Part shown: piece by piece, positions 16,782-25,354 of the stretch
Layout: each line of letters starts with the position of its first letter
Numbering within the stretch: the stretch's first letter is position 1
Source of the DNA: a virus
DNA: 64,000 nt
IMG/VR virus record: IMGVR_UViG_3300034073_001700
Location: 32,001-96,000 of that record
Direction: 5' to 3' (one strand)
Notes under the pieces: model-generated
Database searches by the model: none
Told to the model about the DNA's origin: nothing
The model's input: only the letters and a program-made list of their open reading frames with translations
Translations under genes and position numbers: made by a program

Positions 16782-17108
16782 AAATCTCAGCCCTAACGGG
16801 CGCCTAGAGGATATTTGTATATAAAACCATCAAACCATTTTTACGAATGTATTACGAACCATTACCAAATTTTTCCTGAAAGTTTATTACGATCCAAACC
16901 ATAATATCCCCAAACCTTCTATCATAATATTTTTGTTTTGTCAAACCATCAAACCATAGTGTATGATTGTATCTCTATGTATTGTACTAGATGTATTACG
17001 ATCTCTTCTTCTATACCCCGCCGTTTTTGCGGGGGCTTTTAAAAAAGATTAAGAACGCCGATTTCTTCCCCCCCTCAGAAGTTATCAAACCAGGGTTATA
17101 ATGTATAT

Positions 17109-17303
17109 ATGAGTCCAGGACGCTTTAGCCAACTATCAAAAGAAGAATGGAAAGCATTTGATAAGGATATGAAGGTTTTGACGGGTATGTTATATACCGT
17201 TACTACTTGGCCATTGAAGCCCTTTATTCCTGCCCTGCGAAAAAAGGCGGGGACAGATAAAAAACATTACGAACCTCTATATAATCCCCCTATAGATCAA
17301 TAA
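17109..17303 (+). CDS. Hypothetical protein, leaderless
   Basis: TATAAT 6 nt before ATG; embedded in the repeat tract. Confidence 0.45.
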   Translation: MSPGRFSQLSKEEWKAFDKDMKVLTGMLYTVTTWPLKPFIPALRKKAGTDKKHYEPLYNPPIDQ

Positions 17304-17586
17304 CAAACCATATTTCCTGGTTTTCTGGTTTTTTAAAACATTTTAAAAAGTATTACGAACTTATTGGAATTTTTCCTGGATATTTGGCAATTTTCATCCA
17401 AAAATAGATTACGAGCCTATTGACAAACCATGGTTTTGGATGTATAATGCCCAAACCTTGATACAATGGTTTGACAGATATGGGGGATATGTGGTATAAG
17501 GATACAATGGTTTGGGATATAGGGTTTGATAGATAGATCAATTTGTCCCCGCCCATTACGAGCCGCCCTATAGAAAACGTTCCATC

Positions 17587-17612
17587 CTCCACTATCCTCC
17601 ACTTCACTCCAC
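17587..17612 (-). promoter_or_regulatory. MraZ-type operator (3 x GTGGAG, 10-bp period)
   Basis: Minus strand GTGGAG-tgaa-GTGGAG-gata-GTGGAG. Confidence 0.65.
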
Positions 17613-17697
17613 TTTACGACTATATAGAAATAATATCAGTAAGATTTTTATATTACCAATAGTTGACAATTACTTATCAAAATGGTATTCTTTTTAT

Positions 17698-18075
17698 ATG
17701 GAAAACATAGACTTTGGATCATTTGATATAACATTTTCTAACATAATGTTCTATTTAGGCGCATTATTATTTTTTTATTTTGCATTTATTTCAAAAGCAA
17801 ATGATTGGTCCACCCTAAAGGGATTTGGAAGATTTTGTGTATCTGCTTGGACCATAGCCTCATTGATTAAATTAATAAGAACTCAGACAACAGTCATAGA
17901 TGTTATAGATTGGACCCTTATTATGTTTATGGCCTCTTACTTAGTAGCAATTATATTTAAGGCTATACATAAAACTGCTGTAGAGAATGCTGAAGAACAG
18001 TTAAAAATATTAGAACAAGAAGAGGCAGATAAAGAACTAATTCGGCAGGCTGCTAAAAAGATTATTCAAGGATAA
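17698..18075 (+). CDS. Membrane protein
   Basis: Three hydrophobic segments; leaderless TTGACA/TATTCT promoter. Confidence 0.65.
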   Translation: MENIDFGSFDITFSNIMFYLGALLFFYFAFISKANDWSTLKGFGRFCVSAWTIASLIKLIRTQTTVIDVIDWTLIMFMASYLVAIIFKAIHKTAVENAEEQLKILEQEEADKELIRQAAKKIIQG

Positions 18076-18128
18076 ACCTGTGGATAAACATACTTGCCAA
18101 ACCTCTGTATTCATGGTATCCTGAAAGA

Positions 18129-18569
18129 ATGAACAAACCATTTAGCCCTACCCTATATGCCATAAATGATGATGCCAAGGTCTTGGTCATTGACTATCTA
18201 CAAGCGAATGGATTTTTGGCAAAGGTAAATCCAGATGACTATGGCATTGATCTGTTAGCCAAACATATTGAAACTAACAATAGGTATGAATTTGAGGTAG
18301 AGGTTAAGCATAACTGGAAGGGTGAAAGGTTTCAGTATCCAACCCTACATTTTCCAGGTAGAAAACAAAAGTTTATTAAGAATTCTCCACATACAGTATT
18401 CTTTATCTTAAATCACGAAAGAACTCATGCATATTGGGTAGATGGAACAACCCTATCTACTTGTCCCATAGTTACTAAAAATACAATCTATACCAAGAAT
18501 GAGCAGTTTATCGAGGTATCCATAAACAAATGCAAACTTATAGATTTGAGTAAAAATCTAACACTTTAA
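18129..18569 (+). CDS. PD-(D/E)XK nuclease-like protein
   Basis: YGIDL...EVEVK motif. Confidence 0.65.
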   Translation: MNKPFSPTLYAINDDAKVLVIDYLQANGFLAKVNPDDYGIDLLAKHIETNNRYEFEVEVKHNWKGERFQYPTLHFPGRKQKFIKNSPHTVFFILNHERTHAYWVDGTTLSTCPIVTKNTIYTKNEQFIEVSINKCKLIDLSKNLTL

Positions 18570-18586
18570 CAGGTTATAATGGGTGT

Positions 18587-19114
18587 ATGGATATCGAAAC
18601 CATAAAAAACGCAGGGTACATAGTAAAACCAAATCACTTTGAGGTCAAAACCGATTGGCCAACAGTATTAGACCTTATATACAAAAACTCAGACAATACC
18701 AAGACTAATGGTAGAGACCTGTGGATAAAGATAAAAGATCGTAGACCATTTGGCCACATACCTGACCTTAGAGATTTTTGTCATCAATTAAATAAAGACT
18801 TTGAATCAAAATATATTGAAGGCTGTGACTTTAACAAAGATTGGGACAAACCATGTAGTTGTTTTGGTATCTGGCATATAGATGGACCAGTTGTATCTTT
18901 GTCCAATATCCACATAAGCAAGCATAAGGATATTAAAATAGCAGCCTATATTCAAATCTTGGGAAACTCTTTTTGGAAACTTAATGATAACAAAACCATA
19001 ACCCTAAAGCCATCTGATGTTATTTTTCTAAATAAGGATATAGAACATGAGGTTTGGGGAGAAGGTCCAAGGTTTGGTGTATTGTTGTTTGCTATGGATA
19101 AGAAGACTAAGTAA
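18587..19114 (+). CDS. Cupin/JmjC-like protein
   Basis: HKD...IQILGNSFW...LKPSDVIFL...HEV. Confidence 0.6.
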   Translation: MDIETIKNAGYIVKPNHFEVKTDWPTVLDLIYKNSDNTKTNGRDLWIKIKDRRPFGHIPDLRDFCHQLNKDFESKYIEGCDFNKDWDKPCSCFGIWHIDGPVVSLSNIHISKHKDIKIAAYIQILGNSFWKLNDNKTITLKPSDVIFLNKDIEHEVWGEGPRFGVLLFAMDKKTK

Positions 19115-19145
19115 TACTTCTATAGGGGATGATGGGGTATATTCT

Positions 19146-19973
19146 CTATACCGCCCCAAATTTCTCCTTGTATCCCCAAATACCCCTAAACTCTCTATCT
19201 TCTGGTTTAAAACCACCTGTAACGGCATGGGCTAACTTAAACATATCTGGTATTACCAGATCCCCTTGTTGCCACTTATGGACAATACGGATATCCTCAT
19301 TGTTCCATATAATATCTTCGATCTTTCTAATTACCGCCTCAAAATATGATAGGTTGTCCTCAGTTGGCACTTGACCCTTATAGGACACAAGCCTGACTAT
19401 ATATGGTTTGGGCAAAATAGTAAATCTGATAATTGGTTTTCCTGTTAGCCAGTGTTCTGCCACAATAGGGTAATCATCTGCAAAGTTTAAATTAGCACTT
19501 GCAAAACCATGTTCCAACTGTGGACCCTTAATAAAATCTGGTTCGGTGATTCTGCTATTTAAAAGAAAATCTTTTTCATCATCTGTGAGCATCTCAAATA
19601 CTACATTAGTATCTACAAAGTATGTCTTGCCATTCTCATTGTTTGTCTTGAAGTTATACATATTCCAAGTAGAGCCTACGATAGGATTAATATAATATGT
19701 GTGCTCTACATGCCACTCTACAATAATATCATCTGGGCCAGAGACCACCTCTGACTTCCGCTCATGATTTTCTATGTACTTACTTTCATCATTCATGAGA
19801 TACCAGCCAAAGGACTCACCTAATTTTTGAGCAAAATCAAACTGTTCCTTTTCGGTTAGGTTGGCATTTCTAAAGCATATGACAGAATCACTAATAAGTT
19901 TATCTTTATAGTAGTTGGCATTTTCTAATACTTGGTCAACACCAGGAAACTCTACAGGTTCTACGTATATCAT
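19146..19973 (-). CDS. TauD/TfdA-family 2OG dioxygenase
   Basis: WHVE, GKTYFVDT and HKWQQGDLVIPD...HA motifs. Confidence 0.8.
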   Translation of the reverse strand: MIYVEPVEFPGVDQVLENANYYKDKLISDSVICFRNANLTEKEQFDFAQKLGESFGWYLMNDESKYIENHERKSEVVSGPDDIIVEWHVEHTYYINPIVGSTWNMYNFKTNNENGKTYFVDTNVVFEMLTDDEKDFLLNSRITEPDFIKGPQLEHGFASANLNFADDYPIVAEHWLTGKPIIRFTILPKPYIVRLVSYKGQVPTEDNLSYFEAVIRKIEDIIWNNEDIRIVHKWQQGDLVIPDMFKLAHAVTGGFKPEDREFRGIWGYKEKFGAV

Positions 19974-19974
19974 A

Positions 19975-20346
19975 TTACTCCTTTTTGGCTGTGCAAGGTT
20001 CGTCTACTTTATGGGCTACATATGCTCCACATTTGCATGATGTTGTTGTACACTGGCAGTCCCAGGTTCTTGTTTGCTTGTCTGGTTCATCATTAATAAC
20101 ATCACATGGCTCATTTGCTGGATGGGTTATATAGTCTCCACATGGACAAAATCCAGGTGCATCGTTACAAACACTACGATCAATGGGTTCGTATACACCT
20201 AAATGTGTTGGAAAGGGAAGTTTATTTTTATTTTCTTTTGTAACCTGAGTAAACTTATTACCCTCACAAATATGACATATCAAGCCCTCATCTGTTTCTA
20301 AGGTAAAATGATTGCCACATTTATCACATCTATATAGATTTTCCAT
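19975..20346 (-). CDS. Cys-rich hypothetical protein
   Basis: Multiple CxxC/CxCG..H motifs; leaderless promoter. Confidence 0.55.
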   Translation of the reverse strand: MENLYRCDKCGNHFTLETDEGLICHICEGNKFTQVTKENKNKLPFPTHLGVYEPIDRSVCNDAPGFCPCGDYITHPANEPCDVINDEPDKQTRTWDCQCTTTSCKCGAYVAHKVDEPCTAKKE

Positions 20347-20466
20347 TATCTTTAGTATATCAGATAGGGCGATATATGATATATTAACCCCTATTGCTCG
20401 TTTAGAGCATAGGAGGGTGTTTATTTCTATTTACCGCCGAACTCAAAGCCTGCTATAATTGAACAT

Positions 20467-21222
20467 ATGAATGATAACCTATCCATCGCCGAACTTCAAG
20501 AAATTTGGGAACCCCGCAAAGAATACATAGAAAAAGATCTTTGGGTAATACGAAACTTTTTGACCGAAGAAGAGTTAGTTTTGCTTAATAAAGAGGCCAA
20601 CGAACCAGAAGGTTGGTATACCACAATGAGGTCACCATACGGAGGCAACACAAAGAATAAATTTATTGGTTATATTCCAGAGTATAATGAAAATGGAGAT
20701 ATGCTCGTTCCAGGTCCAGGCTCAAAATGGCATGGACAGATCCAAGACGTTATGTCTGTTATTGAAAAAAGAATAGAAGCCGTAGTCCCTAAATATTTTG
20801 GTGGAGCAGGAGCACTTCAATCATTCTTTGAAGTTCCTGACGAGCAAATCATGGCAGAACTTGGAAGAATACCAGATTACGCTATGGGGTGGCACTATGA
20901 AAGAGATCATGAAGATGATGAAGAAACACAAAAAACTATTGTTGAACATTCTAAAACTCAGGGCAAGCAAATACTTAGCGAAGGTAAAATATCAGCATCA
21001 TTTAATGTTTATATAAATGATAATTTTGATGGCGGTATATTAGAGTTCCAAAATAAAGATTATGTTATAAAACCAGAAGTTGGAATGTTAGTTAATATTC
21101 CTATATACAAGGAGTTTATGCATAGAGTTACAAAGGTTACTAATGGCAACAGACATACGATTTATGGAAGATGTTGGGATACCCCAAATGGCAAATACTT
21201 TTCAACGAATGAAGATTGCTAA
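20467..21222 (+). CDS. 2OG-Fe(II) oxygenase (P4H-like)
   Basis: YINDNFDGGILEF, HRVTKV...RHT. Confidence 0.8.
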   Translation: MNDNLSIAELQEIWEPRKEYIEKDLWVIRNFLTEEELVLLNKEANEPEGWYTTMRSPYGGNTKNKFIGYIPEYNENGDMLVPGPGSKWHGQIQDVMSVIEKRIEAVVPKYFGGAGALQSFFEVPDEQIMAELGRIPDYAMGWHYERDHEDDEETQKTIVEHSKTQGKQILSEGKISASFNVYINDNFDGGILEFQNKDYVIKPEVGMLVNIPIYKEFMHRVTKVTNGNRHTIYGRCWDTPNGKYFSTNEDC

Positions 21223-21470
21223 TGGCGAATAAAAGAATTTTACAAGATGGAACAGAGGTGCCATCATACGATCATCCAATTGATCTTATAATTCATACTA
21301 AAGCACCTGCCAAATGGAAATTAATTGATCTTGAAACAGGTCAAGAATATATTGGGTCTGAAATAACCCATCCATCATTTGGAGAACTTCTAAGGCAAAA
21401 GGTTATGGAGTGTAAAATAGGTTCATGGAAAAAAACAAAAGGGAGACAAAGTGAATCAAATAGTATTTAA
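21216..21470 (+). CDS. Hypothetical protein
   Basis: TKAPAKWKLIDLETGQEY family motif. Confidence 0.6.
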   Translation: MLMANKRILQDGTEVPSYDHPIDLIIHTKAPAKWKLIDLETGQEYIGSEITHPSFGELLRQKVMECKIGSWKKTKGRQSESNSI

Positions 21471-22041
21471 TTCTTTTCCAAGATCTGGAAATGTATATTC
21501 TGGACATTGCTATCCTGCATTTATAAATGGTATGTATGCTACTGTTCATATACCAGAAATTTTTAGTGTAGAGGAGATTGACAATATAACCATTTTTAGA
21601 AAACCAGAAGATGCTATATCCTCTCTTATTAATAAACAATTTGAGTACGCCCCTCCTGGAACTAATATACATATATCTGGAATGACAAGTGCGATAGATG
21701 AAAACATAAAGTTATATCGCCAATACATGGAATATGCAGCCAAATACAAAGATATTGTCTATATAGGTAAGTTTGATGATCTGATTAATAATACCGTTTC
21801 ACATTTTGAAAATGTTTCTAAATGGTTTGAAAGACCTTTGATTGCTGGCTATAAAGAAAGGTTTGAGAATATTTCTTTTAATGGTAAATTGTGGGAGGAT
21901 AGGCATGATGGTCATGTACCAAGACCTAAAGATGAGACTCGACTTAAAATTGAGTCAGAAGTCGCCAAACTAAACAACATTCAGAAGTTAAATAAAGATT
22001 ACGAAGACTTTATAGCGGAGTATGCTACCAAGGTAGACTAA
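21451..22041 (+). CDS. Sulfotransferase-like protein
   Basis: SFPRSGN PAPS-loop and RKPEDAISS. Confidence 0.65.
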   Translation: MNQIVFNSFPRSGNVYSGHCYPAFINGMYATVHIPEIFSVEEIDNITIFRKPEDAISSLINKQFEYAPPGTNIHISGMTSAIDENIKLYRQYMEYAAKYKDIVYIGKFDDLINNTVSHFENVSKWFERPLIAGYKERFENISFNGKLWEDRHDGHVPRPKDETRLKIESEVAKLNNIQKLNKDYEDFIAEYATKVD

Positions 22042-22913
22042 TATGAAACAGTCGAATGAGCAAAAATCTCAATCTGGTCGTAAGCGGTATGAAAAAAATA
22101 AGGATCGCCTGTCAGATAAACCATCCATGTCCAAGCAAGAGCGCTGGGAAGCCCGTGAAAGGCTAAGAATAATCTCACAGGCTTTATCAAAAGACCCCCT
22201 ATAATTATCTATATGCTATCTCATGAATCAAAGGTTGATATTATTGCTGATATTATTTCTGACTACCTTAAGGGCAAGCATAAGGATAAGATCGCTAAAG
22301 ATTTAGCAGAACAAATAATAGAGGCATTGGACGAAGAGCCTCCAAGTTGGTATACTCATGGGTAAACTTACCTTAAATATATTATGTCATAAGTGTGGGG
22401 TCATGTTTACTGTTTCTGTCGATACCCCGAATCTTATACAGCAATGTCCAAGATGCTATAATAAATAGATGGATAAAGTAAAATGTTATTATTGTGATAA
22501 CGAGGCAAAGTATACTCAGCCAGGACAAACCACTGGTAAGATTATTGATGTATGCGAAAAACACTTTACCTTTAAACATTGGGGATAGGAGATATCATGG
22601 CGATTGATACTAAAGAATGGTCTAAGGAAACAAAGCAAAAGATTGTTATTTCTGTTATGATCATTGCTGCAGCAGCCGTATTTTTTGTACTTATCTAATA
22701 CTAATCAGTAACATTAAATGGAGGTAAAATACTCCATTGTGCATACTGTTCATTCTATGTGGCTTAGTGTAGAAACGGTTGTAGTTGATGATGTTTCATA
22801 TACCCGCACATCGTGCGCCAGATGTGGATATCATTCACTTCGGCCAAGTTGACTGCAACGGCCACGCTTCCGCCAAACTTTACAAACAGTCGTTTTTGCT
22901 GTATAATAAAAGT

Positions 22914-23021
22914 ATGTCACAAAAAATTGTAATATGTACAATATGTAAAAAAGAAATAGAGGTGCGCTCTGGCATTTTTGCACATGATACACTTAATAGG
23001 CATATGAAGGAGCATAAGTGA
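22914..23021 (+). CDS. Small C2H2 zinc-finger-like protein, leaderless
   Basis: MSQKIVICTICKK...LNRHMKEHK; TATAAT 6 nt upstream. Confidence 0.55.
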   Translation: MSQKIVICTICKKEIEVRSGIFAHDTLNRHMKEHK

Positions 23022-23166
23022 AAGAATATTTAGATGATTATGATATTGAATTTGACATACCCCGCAGTGTTAAAAGGCAAATAGAAAAAGATTATATTCA
23101 GCGCACATACTACTGGACTGTAGGCCTTGGCTGTTTAATCATAGGATTTTTATTAGGAATATTGAT

Positions 23167-23511
23167 ATGACCGATGATAGTTTAAAGATTAATAAATCCC
23201 GTCCACCCTTACGTTGGTTTGCTAATATGTGTGGATCAATTGCAGGATGGGCAATTATGCGTATCTCATATCAGGATGAATTAGAAGATTTTGGATGGCG
23301 GTATAAATTACACTCAACTATTTGGAAGATAACATGGCCAGTATATTACAAGTTCGGCACATTCTATGAATTTAGTTATGATATGAGTGGAGATGGATGG
23401 AATGACTACGATGAAAATGGAATTCCCTATTGGGAAAAATGGGTAGATTGGGATTTTGAAGATGCATGGACAGGCGATGCATTTAGGATTATAAACAAGG
23501 GAGATAAATAA
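23167..23511 (+). CDS. Hypothetical protein
   Basis: Trp-rich 114 aa ORF. Confidence 0.55.
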   Translation: MTDDSLKINKSRPPLRWFANMCGSIAGWAIMRISYQDELEDFGWRYKLHSTIWKITWPVYYKFGTFYEFSYDMSGDGWNDYDENGIPYWEKWVDWDFEDAWTGDAFRIINKGDK

Positions 23512-23512
23512 T

Positions 23513-23704
23513 ATGCAATGCGGATGTGGTTTTTCAACAGAATATCCAACGTGTAATGGTACACATAAGGTTGTAAAGGAAGTTAAAGATAAAATTATCG
23601 CAGCGATTGAAAATATACCTACAGAAAGCAATGGTGCACAACTAAATGCAATAGGAATGAAGATGCTTGTGATAGATGCTATCAAAAAAACAAGAGGTAT
23701 TTAG
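23513..23704 (+). CDS. CDGSH iron-sulfur domain protein
   Basis: CGCGFSTEYPTCNGTH. Confidence 0.75.
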   Translation: MQCGCGFSTEYPTCNGTHKVVKEVKDKIIAAIENIPTESNGAQLNAIGMKMLVIDAIKKTRGI

Positions 23705-23718
23705 GGTATAATACCAAC

Positions 23719-24582
23719 ATGAAGTTTTGTTATTTTGGTGGAAATGTTTCTTTAACACAATCAAATATAGATCAACTTGAGGATGCCCATTTTGAATCAG
23801 TGCTATTTACATATAGGCAAATGCAAGGAGATTTTTTCACTACTATAGCAAGAACAATGAGGTTAGATCAAAAAATAAAATATATGGTTGCTATTAGGCC
23901 GCATGCTTTGTCAGCACAATATTTAACTATGATAAACAAATCAATCAATAGCATACAAAAAAATAGGCTACAAATTAATATCATTGCGGGACATATAAAG
24001 CCTGATGAAGTTGACTTTGGAGGAATTATTGGTGCAGTAACTGATCGTTCTTCAGTTCCAGATAGAACAGATTACATGATAGACTACATTAAAGAACTTG
24101 ACAATATGAAAAAAAATAATATTGATATTCCAGACTGTTATGTTTCTTGTACCAATAACTTTTCCTTAGAGGCAGCAGCCGAACTTGACTATAAAATAAT
24201 TTTTTCTTACAAAGATTACAAGTTTGGATATTTTTTAGATAAAAGCGTAGAAGGTCAGGAAAAGCCTGGGGATACTTTTGATTTATCTGGTAAAAAGATA
24301 ACATTGGCAATATCTCCAATCATAAGAGAGACCCAGGAAGAAATAGACAGCGAGTTTCCAAAAGATGTAATTGTTCACCTATACGGTGGCAAGTCATATA
24401 AAGATAGACCAAGATTTGCAAAAGATACAGCATATTTTACGTATGACAGGTTTGTTACTTTTATAAAAGAATTAGAAGAAAGTGGTATTAAAGAAATTCT
24501 TCTAAACGGAATACCTGAATCTGAAAGAAATAATTTAATTAGTTACGTTAAGAGGTATATAGAAGAACATGGAAATAATTAA
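23719..24582 (+). CDS. LLM-class (luciferase-like) flavin-dependent oxidoreductase
   Basis: FESVL, KYMVAIRP and RLQINIIAG motifs of SsuD-like proteins. Confidence 0.7.
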   Translation: MKFCYFGGNVSLTQSNIDQLEDAHFESVLFTYRQMQGDFFTTIARTMRLDQKIKYMVAIRPHALSAQYLTMINKSINSIQKNRLQINIIAGHIKPDEVDFGGIIGAVTDRSSVPDRTDYMIDYIKELDNMKKNNIDIPDCYVSCTNNFSLEAAAELDYKIIFSYKDYKFGYFLDKSVEGQEKPGDTFDLSGKKITLAISPIIRETQEEIDSEFPKDVIVHLYGGKSYKDRPRFAKDTAYFTYDRFVTFIKELEESGIKEILLNGIPESERNNLISYVKRYIEEHGNN

Positions 24583-25126
24583 ATTTGAAAATGTTTTTAC
24601 TAAAGAGCAACTAAAAACAATTAAAGAAGTAATTAGTTCTTCTGAAATAGACCAAATAAATACAGAATTAGGAAGATTACAATATAAGTCACCTTTGGAT
24701 TTTCCATTTGATTTATTAAATGAAATTAATTATTTAATTTTTAAAAATTTTAACAACTTAGCATTAGGCCCTGTTTCGGTAGTAGAATATAGTGCAAAAT
24801 ATGGTAAGCCAAATTTGCCAGTACATTACGATCATGATTCAAGTGACCTGGTATTTAATTTTCAACTGGAATCAAACACATCTTGGGATATTGGCATAGA
24901 TAAAACTGTTTATAGTTTAAAAGATAATGAGGCTATCCTATTTAATCCAAATAAATACACTCATTGGAGACCGCATAAAACCTTTAAGGATGGTGAATAT
25001 GTTAAGATGATATTCTTTAGGTTTCATAATCCAACAGAAATATCAGATTATTCTCACCTTGATTTGAGTCAAGAGAATGAAATTTTTAAAGAAGTTCGTG
25101 AATTTAGGGATAGCCTGGGCACTTGA
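24569..25126 (+). CDS. 2OG-Fe(II) oxygenase
   Basis: PNLPVHYD, FQLESNTSW, HWRP. Confidence 0.7.
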   Translation: MEIIKFENVFTKEQLKTIKEVISSSEIDQINTELGRLQYKSPLDFPFDLLNEINYLIFKNFNNLALGPVSVVEYSAKYGKPNLPVHYDHDSSDLVFNFQLESNTSWDIGIDKTVYSLKDNEAILFNPNKYTHWRPHKTFKDGEYVKMIFFRFHNPTEISDYSHLDLSQENEIFKEVREFRDSLGT

Positions 25127-25354
25127 CAAATACCCCCACTCTGTTCTATAATTAATACTGTAAGCACACAACCTAACAGAAAGATATAACATGAGCAGAT
25201 CATTTGCAGAGGCAGTTAAGTATAACGATACATATTCATCAATGTTTGGACAAGATACAGTAATGGATCAGCCTACATGGGGAATTTTTCAAGATGCCCC
25301 CAGATTTCATGATGATTGGAACGAAGATCTATTTGAAGATGGTGAGGAATAATA

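Larger units (their letters stand above)
16820..17620. repeat. Iteron-like tract (ATTACGA x7, many CAAACC, GATACAATGGTTTG x2)
   Basis: ATTACGA at 16851, 16886, 16995, 17266, 17352, 17408 and 17555, all on the + strand. Confidence 0.75.

Noticed and set aside
16820-17620. CRISPR array
   Set aside because: Repeats are 6-14 bp with irregular spacing and show no repeat-spacer periodicity
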